Of a DNA stretch of 64,000 nucleotides, positions 57,857-64,000 are shown piece after piece (the stretch's first letter is position 1; each line of letters begins with the position of its first letter). Source of the DNA: an uncultured Acidobacteriota bacterium. Lineage in GTDB: Bacteria; Acidobacteriota; UBA6911; RPQK01; JAPXNP01. Under the pieces are notes generated by a model. The model made no database searches and was not told the DNA's origin. It saw only the letters and a list, made by a program, of their open reading frames with translations. Location: assembly GCA_963777605.1 (NCBI GenBank), contig CAVZRV010000010.1, forward strand, positions 224,001 through 288,000. Reading direction: 5' to 3'. The position numbers and the translations under genes are program-made.

Positions 57857-57967
57857 TTGTTGCTCCCTTCTTAGTCGCATCAGTTATCAGTGTATTCAAT
57901 CCATCCCGGGCCATCGGCATCGCTTGCACAGCAGCAGGACGTCTTGACGGTCCGGTTAGGATTTGGC

Positions 57968-59287
57968 TCAGTCGCCGTAGTAGTCGAGCCCGAGGTGCGT
58001 GATCTGTTCCTCGCCTTTCAGGTGCCGAAGAGTGTTCTTCAGCTTCATCAACTGAATGAACAGATCATGCTCCGGGTACAGGCTCGGCAATGTCATCGGG
58101 CTCTTGAAATAGAACGAAAGCCACTCCTGGATTCCGAACATTCCGGAACGATGGGCAAGATCCATGAAGAGCACCAGGTCGAGGACCAGCGGTGCCGCCA
58201 GAATGCTGTCCCGGCAGAGAAAATCGATCTTTACCTGCATCGGGTAGCCCAACCACCCGAAGATATCCAGGTTGTCCCAACCCTCCTTGTTGTCCTTTCG
58301 CGGAGGGTAATAGTTGATTCGGACCTTGTGATAGAAGTCTTCGTAGAGCTCGGGGTAGAGATTGGGTTGAAGGATGTACTCCAGCACCGAGAGCTTGCTC
58401 TCCTCCTTGGTCCGGAAAGACTCGGGATCATCCAGGACTTCGCCGTCACGGTTCCCCAGGATGTTGGTCGAGAACCATCCGGAGAGACCCAGCAGTCGTG
58501 CCTTCAGTCCCGGAGCGATGATGGTCTTCATCAGCGTCTGGCCGGTCTTGAAGTCCTTGCCGCAGATCGGCAAGCGGTTCTTCTGAGCCAACTCCCGCAT
58601 CGCCGCTATGTCTACCGTTAGATTCGGGGCCCCGTTGGCGAACGGGATTCCCAGCTTCAGCGCCGCATACGCGTAGACCATGCTTGACGGAATCGCCTCA
58701 TCGTTGGCGACCAGTCCCTGCTCGAATTTCTCCAGGGTTTCGTGCACGGTCGTAGGCTGAATGAAAATCTCCGTACTGCCGCACCAGATCATGACCAGAC
58801 GACTGAGGTTCCGCGCCTTCTTGAACTCCAGAATATCGGCCATCAACTGTTCCGCCAACTCCATCTTGTTGGCCCCGGACTTGATGTGTTGGCCGTCCAG
58901 CAGTTTCACGTACTTCTTGTCAAATACCGCTTTCAAGGGACGAAGAGCCGTCAACTCCGGCTTCAGCTGCTCGACCAGGCTTTCGTTCAGGACGCCGCAC
59001 TTCAGCGCGGCCTCGTAGGCCGAATCTTCGAAGGGGTCCCAAGCCAGAAACTCCAGGTCCTGCAACCCGGCCAGGGGGACGAAATCGTTGATTTTCGGGA
59101 CGCGGTTTTCGGTCCGCTTCCCCAACCGGATGGTCCCCATCTGCGTCAGTGAACCAAATGGCCGCCCCAGACCCTTCTTGACCGCTTCGACACCGGCCAC
59201 AAAAGTCGTACTGACAGCACCAAGCCCAACCAGGAGAATTCCCAATTTTCCTTCGGCGTTCGCTATCTGTACCCCTTTATCGCTCAT
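57968..59287 (-). CDS. ino1: myo-Inositol-1-phosphate synthase
   Basis: GLGAVSTT, ANGAPN, GKDFKTGQTLMK, NILGNRDG, DNKE.WD, RDSILAAP.VLDL, SFYFKSP. Confidence 0.95.
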   Translation of the reverse strand: MSDKGVQIANAEGKLGILLVGLGAVSTTFVAGVEAVKKGLGRPFGSLTQMGTIRLGKRTENRVPKINDFVPLAGLQDLEFLAWDPFEDSAYEAALKCGVLNESLVEQLKPELTALRPLKAVFDKKYVKLLDGQHIKSGANKMELAEQLMADILEFKKARNLSRLVMIWCGSTEIFIQPTTVHETLEKFEQGLVANDEAIPSSMVYAYAALKLGIPFANGAPNLTVDIAAMRELAQKNRLPICGKDFKTGQTLMKTIIAPGLKARLLGLSGWFSTNILGNRDGEVLDDPESFRTKEESKLSVLEYILQPNLYPELYEDFYHKVRINYYPPRKDNKEGWDNLDIFGWLGYPMQVKIDFLCRDSILAAPLVLDLVLFMDLAHRSGMFGIQEWLSFYFKSPMTLPSLYPEHDLFIQLMKLKNTLRHLKGEEQITHLGLDYYGD

Positions 59288-61337
59288 TTTCTCCTCCTTG
59301 ATGGACAATCTCGGACGGATCCGCGACCACCAAAACCAGATCCGCCACCGACCCTAACAATGCCAATCGATTCCTCCGGAGGTCTGGTTCCTTCGCCATG
59401 ACCAGTACCTCCTCAAAGAAACGGTCAACAGCGGGCCGGATTCCGGCGATGCATCGCAATGCCCCCAGATAATCACCCTGTTCAACAGCGCCCTCTACCC
59501 GAGGTGCCAGCTCCGAGACCGCCTCGAACAGGAGGCTCTCACCCGGCTCCTCAAACTTTGTTTCGTCCACCGCACCAACCGCTTCACCCGCCTTTGAAAG
59601 CAGGTTCTTGGCCCGTTTAAAGGCAGCGGCCAGGGCGCTGAAGTCCGCATCCCCTTTGATCGCAGCTACAGCTCGGGCTCGCTCCCGGGCGTCTGTGGCT
59701 GTCGAAACGCCACCGGAGAACACCGACCGAATCACGTCCGGCTCCAACCCTTCCCGCTCCAGGAGAAAGACCAGCCGGCGATGGAGAAACTCGAGCACGG
59801 TTGGTTTCACGGAGTTCTGATCGAACGTTTCGAAATTTCGCAGGGCAAGGTCCACCAGTTCATCCAGCGTCAGGTCCATGCCGCGCGCTAACAGGAGCGT
59901 GATTAAACCCTGGGCCTGACGCCGGAGAGCAAAGGGGTCACTGGAGCCAGTCGGGATGATTCCGACGCCAAAACAGCCTACGATCGTGTCGATCCGGTCC
60001 GCGATGGAAAGCAGCGCACCGTTCAGCGTCTCAGGGAGAGTGTCGTCGAGAGACACCGGGCGATAATGGTCGTAAATCGACCGCCAGACTCCCTCCGGGA
60101 GGCCTTCCTGGCGCGCGTAGAGCCCCCCCATAATCCCCTGCAGTTCGGTCAATTCGCGGACCATATCGGTGGTCAGATCAACCTTGCAAAGTGCCGCGGC
60201 CTCGTCCAACCCTGCGTCTCCACCCAGTTCCCGGCAGATCGCCCGAATCCGCTCAGCCTTTTCAAAGTAGCTTCCCAGATTCTCCTGAAAGAGCACGTGC
60301 CGGAGGCTGTCAACACGGTCGCGCAGGGATATCTTCTGGTCCGATTTCCAGAAGAATGCCGCGTCTTCGAGGCGAGCCTGGAGCACCTTTTCGTGACCCC
60401 GCCGGATGGATCCCTCCGGGTCGCCGTCCGTGTTCAGCACGGTCAGAAACGCCGGAGCGAGTCGACGCTTACCGTCCAGCAATGAGAAATACTTCTGGTG
60501 ATAGCGCATCACGGTCACCAGAACTTCCCGCGGAATCTCAAGAAAAGCCGGGTCGAAGGCCCCCCTCAAGACCGAAGGGAACTCGTTCAACTGGACTACC
60601 GTCTCCAGCAACGCCTCGTCTTCGAGCACGACCTCCGTTCCGGCTTCGGACTGGAGTCCAGCCTCAATCCGGGCACGCCGCTCGGCGGGATCTACCAGTA
60701 CTCCCGCCCCCCGAAGACTCTCGACGTAGGAGTCAGCATTCGAAATCTCCACGCGGGGGACTCCAATCAGGCGATGTCCCCAACTGACCCGGCCGGAGGC
60801 AACGCCTTCGATTTCAAAAGGAACAACTTCGTCATTCCACAGGCAGACGAACCATCGCAGCGGACGGATGAACCGAAACCGACTTTCCGACCAGTACATG
60901 GTCTTCGGCCAGTTGATCGAGCGAACGATGTCGGGAACGGCCTTCTTGATCAACTCGGAAACCGCCTCACCCGGAACCTGGCGATTGAGAACCAGGTAGC
61001 GTCCCCGATCCGTGTGCTGCAGATCGAGATCCTCGACCGCCACGCCCATCTTGCGCGCAAATCCCACCGCGGCCGGTGTCGGCTTCCCTTCTGAATCGAA
61101 GGCCACTTCGGCCGGCGGTCCAGAGACGACCTCCTCCCGGTCCGGGCAACGTTCCGGGAGACCTTCCATCACTATAACGAGCCGCCGCGGGGTGGCATAC
61201 CTGCGGACTGCGCCGGCATGGACCCGATTTTCCGTCAAAACACGCTCAAAGCTCTCACCCATCTGATTGACCGCGTCCTCAATCATCGCGGCGGGGATCT
61301 CTTCAGTCCCAAGTTCGAATAGGAATCTATTATTCAT
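59277..61337 (-). CDS. glyS: Glycine--tRNA ligase beta subunit
   Basis: [54 protein letters not shown]. Confidence 0.97.
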   Translation of the reverse strand: MNNRFLFELGTEEIPAAMIEDAVNQMGESFERVLTENRVHAGAVRRYATPRRLVIVMEGLPERCPDREEVVSGPPAEVAFDSEGKPTPAAVGFARKMGVAVEDLDLQHTDRGRYLVLNRQVPGEAVSELIKKAVPDIVRSINWPKTMYWSESRFRFIRPLRWFVCLWNDEVVPFEIEGVASGRVSWGHRLIGVPRVEISNADSYVESLRGAGVLVDPAERRARIEAGLQSEAGTEVVLEDEALLETVVQLNEFPSVLRGAFDPAFLEIPREVLVTVMRYHQKYFSLLDGKRRLAPAFLTVLNTDGDPEGSIRRGHEKVLQARLEDAAFFWKSDQKISLRDRVDSLRHVLFQENLGSYFEKAERIRAICRELGGDAGLDEAAALCKVDLTTDMVRELTELQGIMGGLYARQEGLPEGVWRSIYDHYRPVSLDDTLPETLNGALLSIADRIDTIVGCFGVGIIPTGSSDPFALRRQAQGLITLLLARGMDLTLDELVDLALRNFETFDQNSVKPTVLEFLHRRLVFLLEREGLEPDVIRSVFSGGVSTATDARERARAVAAIKGDADFSALAAAFKRAKNLLSKAGEAVGAVDETKFEEPGESLLFEAVSELAPRVEGAVEQGDYLGALRCIAGIRPAVDRFFEEVLVMAKEPDLRRNRLALLGSVADLVLVVADPSEIVHQGGENER

Positions 61338-62175
61338 CGGTTTCTACGTACCGTTTTGCGATCGCGACCGCCAGAGTGCGAACCCGATTGATGAGACCGA
61401 CTCTCTCGGTGACGCTGATCGCTCCCCGGCTGTCCAGCAGATTGAAAGCGTGAGAACATTTCAGGCAGTAGTCGTAGGCCGGAAGCACGCAGTCGGCTGC
61501 CAGGCAACTCCTGGCCTCGTTTTCGTAAAGTTCGAAGAGCTTGAACAGCAGGTCCTTGTTCCCGACCTCGAAGTTGTATCGGGAAAACTCGTACTCCTCA
61601 CGACCCCGCACCTGGCGATAGCTGGTCGAAGGGCTCCAGGACAGATCGTAAACACTCTCCTTGTCAAATAGAAAAGCGGCGATCCGCTCCAGCCCGTAGG
61701 TGATCTCCGCAGAGATCGGTTCCAGTTCAAGGCCGCCCGCCTGCTGAAAGTAAGTGAACTGGGTAATCTCGAGCCCGTTAAGGAGAACCTGCCAGCCAAT
61801 CCCCCATGCCCCGAGAGTAGGACTTTCCCAGTTGTCCTCCTCGAACCTCAGGTCATTCTTCTCCAGCGGAATACCCAGGGCCCGCAGGCTTTCCAGGTAG
61901 ACGTCCTGCACATCGGCCGGCGAAGGCTTCAGAATCACCTGGAGTTGGTGGTGACGGTAGAGCCGGTTCGGGTTTTCGCCATAACGCCCGTCGGTGGGAC
62001 GGCGGGAAGGCTGCACATAAGCAACGGAATAGGGCTTGGACCCGAGGACTCGGAAGAAGGTCTCAGGGTGCATCGTGCCGGCCCCAACTTCGACGTCGTA
62101 CGGCTGCTGAATCACGCACCCGTAATCCATCCAGAATCCAAGCAGCCTGTGAATCAAGTCTTGAAAAGTCTGCAT
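61330..62175 (-). CDS. glyQ: Glycine--tRNA ligase alpha subunit
   Basis: [44 protein letters not shown]. Confidence 0.98.
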   Translation of the reverse strand: MQTFQDLIHRLLGFWMDYGCVIQQPYDVEVGAGTMHPETFFRVLGSKPYSVAYVQPSRRPTDGRYGENPNRLYRHHQLQVILKPSPADVQDVYLESLRALGIPLEKNDLRFEEDNWESPTLGAWGIGWQVLLNGLEITQFTYFQQAGGLELEPISAEITYGLERIAAFLFDKESVYDLSWSPSTSYRQVRGREEYEFSRYNFEVGNKDLLFKLFELYENEARSCLAADCVLPAYDYCLKCSHAFNLLDSRGAISVTERVGLINRVRTLAVAIAKRYVETDE

Positions 62176-62468
62176 CGTTGGCCAACTGTCCGGGTGATTT
62201 CTGCCTGAGCCCGGTCTCTTTGCCGATGGAATGGGCCGCACCCCGGGAAAGGATGTGCTCAGGAGAGCCCCGCCTGGATCAGGCGGCACCTCAGGTGAGT
62301 ATCCTAGACCGAATTGTCCAGAAGTTTCATTTCGAAATTGTCGTCTTTGGCGTCCCGTCTGGTCGCCCGCTTACCACGGTCCGCCGGAACCCAAAAACAT
62401 TCCAGCTACCAGGCAACACCCAACCGCTTTCGTTGCCCCCGGTTCAGGCTTGCCGCCGGGAAGACCGT

Positions 62469-63107
62469 TTACAGTAAATCCCTCAGCATCCTCTTTGCCT
62501 TGAGTGGCTTTTCAAGCTGAGATTCTATCAGTTTCTCGGCAGCCCGTTCCAAGCAGTCCAGGTCTGCCTCCAGCAATCGCTCATCTTCCAGCTGTGACGG
62601 CGGCAACTTCAAGAACACGGCAGCCCGGGTCGCCACGTCCGCCGGAAGGATTTCCTCCAGGCCCGGCAAGACACCTTCGAGCCGGAGCAACCAGTACTCA
62701 AAGTAGCGCGCGAGCAACTGAATCGATACCGACTCCGACGCATCGATGACTGCAAGGGCCAATCGAAAGAGACGCTCATTCGGAGCCTGCTCCCGCGAAA
62801 ACTCCACCAACAACTCGGCAAAGTATCCAAAGTAAAGACTTTGCGCCCAGTCCAGCCGGTATGCTGGTGAAGGTCGTATGATCTCACAATTCTCTATGAC
62901 AGCCAACTCCTGATTCTCTCGTCTCCGGTAGCTGAGACGAACTTGTGACAGAGGTTCAAGCCCGGATCCGAAACGGCTCTTCGACCGGGCTGCACCGTAG
63001 GCAACCCCTCGCAACTGACCGACTTCCGGACTCAGGAAAACGGCGACCTTGTTGGCCTCACCGAAGGGATAGGTTCGAAGCGTGAGGGCGGAGCAGCTTT
63101 GCAGCAT
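62469..63107 (-). CDS. recO: DNA repair protein RecO (no zinc finger)
   Basis: LR..P.GEANKV..F, G....A.GA.RSKSRFG..LEP, YF.EL, FE..LL...G..P; position upstream of glyQS. Confidence 0.9.
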   Translation of the reverse strand: MLQSCSALTLRTYPFGEANKVAVFLSPEVGQLRGVAYGAARSKSRFGSGLEPLSQVRLSYRRRENQELAVIENCEIIRPSPAYRLDWAQSLYFGYFAELLVEFSREQAPNERLFRLALAVIDASESVSIQLLARYFEYWLLRLEGVLPGLEEILPADVATRAAVFLKLPPSQLEDERLLEADLDCLERAAEKLIESQLEKPLKAKRMLRDLL

Positions 63108-63122
63108 GATCTCCGTCCAGTC

Positions 63123-63929
63123 TCAGTCCGATTCTGCCCGGCTTGCCGCCAGGCCCTCGGGATCCTTGCGCATCCGGTAGCGAATCATCTGGTAGCCACG
63201 CAGAGTCACTCCGCTCAGGACATAGACGGCCGATACCACCATGAGCACTTCTTCGGAGTACCAGATAACCCCGGCCACGAGGAGTGCGAGGAGAAGAACC
63301 GTCAAATGGGACTTCCCCTTCCCCAGGTGCAACCGCTTCGGAGAAGGGTAGCGAAGAGTCGAGACCATCAACAGGCCCAGGCAGTAGGTCACTGCCACAA
63401 GGGAATACTCGGCCGCGATGCTCTCGGGGGCAGCCTTGAACATGTGTACGACAGCGGCGATAAAGCCGGCCCCGGCCGGGATGGGCAAGCCGGCGAAGTG
63501 CTTGAGCTCCTGCACCTGAACGTTGAATCGGGCCAGGCGAATGGCTCCGCAAATGAGAAAGAAGAATGCCGAGAGCCGAGCCAGGTTTCCCAAGTCTCCG
63601 AATCCCCACGAGTAGATCAAAAGCGCGGGGGCGATTCCGAAGCTGATCACGTCGGCGAGGGAATCGAGTTGAACACCGAAGTCTGAAGTTGCGCCAGTCA
63701 TCCGAGCGATACGGCCGTCCAGACCGTCGAGAACCACCGCAATTCCAATCGCAACTGAGGCGTTTTCGAAGTTCCCGTGCAAGGTTGAGATCACCGCGAA
63801 GAAGCCGGCAAAGATGTTCCCGACCGTGAAAAACGAAGGAAGGAGATAAATCGACCTCCTGGGGCGACGCAGCCGCCGTCGAATCGGTTCAGCTTCCGGA
63901 CCTTGATTCATTCCGTCCTGGACTGTCAC
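63123..63929 (-). CDS. pssA: CDP-diacylglycerol--serine O-phosphatidyltransferase
   Basis: LP..FT.GN, DGLDGRIAR..S.FG.QLDSLADVISFG.AP, RLARFN, F.GLPIP. Confidence 0.93.
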   Translation of the reverse strand: MTVQDGMNQGPEAEPIRRRLRRPRRSIYLLPSFFTVGNIFAGFFAVISTLHGNFENASVAIGIAVVLDGLDGRIARMTGATSDFGVQLDSLADVISFGIAPALLIYSWGFGDLGNLARLSAFFFLICGAIRLARFNVQVQELKHFAGLPIPAGAGFIAAVVHMFKAAPESIAAEYSLVAVTYCLGLLMVSTLRYPSPKRLHLGKGKSHLTVLLLALLVAGVIWYSEEVLMVVSAVYVLSGVTLRGYQMIRYRMRKDPEGLAASRAESD

Positions 63930-64000
63930 CGGCCACCTTTCCGCCTGGCGAGAATGGAGGTTCCACCTCGAACCCGATCACCCTCAGAAACAACCATCTC
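63926..64000 (-). CDS. psd: Phosphatidylserine decarboxylase, C-terminal fragment
   Basis: EMVVSEGDRVRGGTSILARRKGGR*; GTGA overlap with pssA, the usual psd-pssA order. Confidence 0.7.
   Translation of the reverse strand, partial: EMVVSEGDRVRGGTSILARRKGGR

Noticed and set aside
62250-62305. Canonical glycine riboswitch or T-box upstream of glyQS
   Set aside because: The best-matching words are on the wrong strand, and the CCGAAG/P3 core and T-box UGGNACC are absent; kept only as an unassigned structure
1-64000. Mobile elements, prophage, defence systems, tRNA/rRNA, selenocysteine read-through
   Set aside because: No transposase, integrase, phage, nuclease-defence or RNA-gene signatures recognised; no in-frame TGA at catalytic Cys positions in the redox enzymes examined

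Overview
GC-rich (about 60% by eye), gene-dense bacterial chromosomal window. It is most likely Acidobacteriota, an inference from a VWFA-related Acidobacterial-type protein and an ECF/FecR/ABC cassette. About 66 CDS are present, mostly housekeeping: trxB, ileS, HIT, Trm112, moaB, ferritin, rpmB-rpmG, proC, lipA, nuoA-I (without nuoJ-N), HU/IHF, nfo, and psd-pssA-recO-glyQ-glyS-ino1-ppdK. I found no rRNA, tRNA, CRISPR array, transposase, integrase or phage genes. Apparent single-base frameshifts (NTT-like transporter, nuoC, probably the nuoB tail) look like assembly errors. The best candidates for novelty are: (i) a Tat-exported Rossmann oxidoreductase overlapping a nucleotide-translocase-like transporter; (ii) an ECF sigma / 879-aa zf-HC2-FecR anti-sigma / double ABC exporter operon with no TonB receptor; (iii) repeated loss of zinc-binding cysteines in IleRS, L28, L33, RecO and Trm112; (iv) a doubly deleted BlaI-BlaR1 relic; (v) structured non-coding regions upstream of ferritin and glyQ, plus a short motif recurring at convergent gene junctions. 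All family calls come from motif recognition by eye, not database searches.
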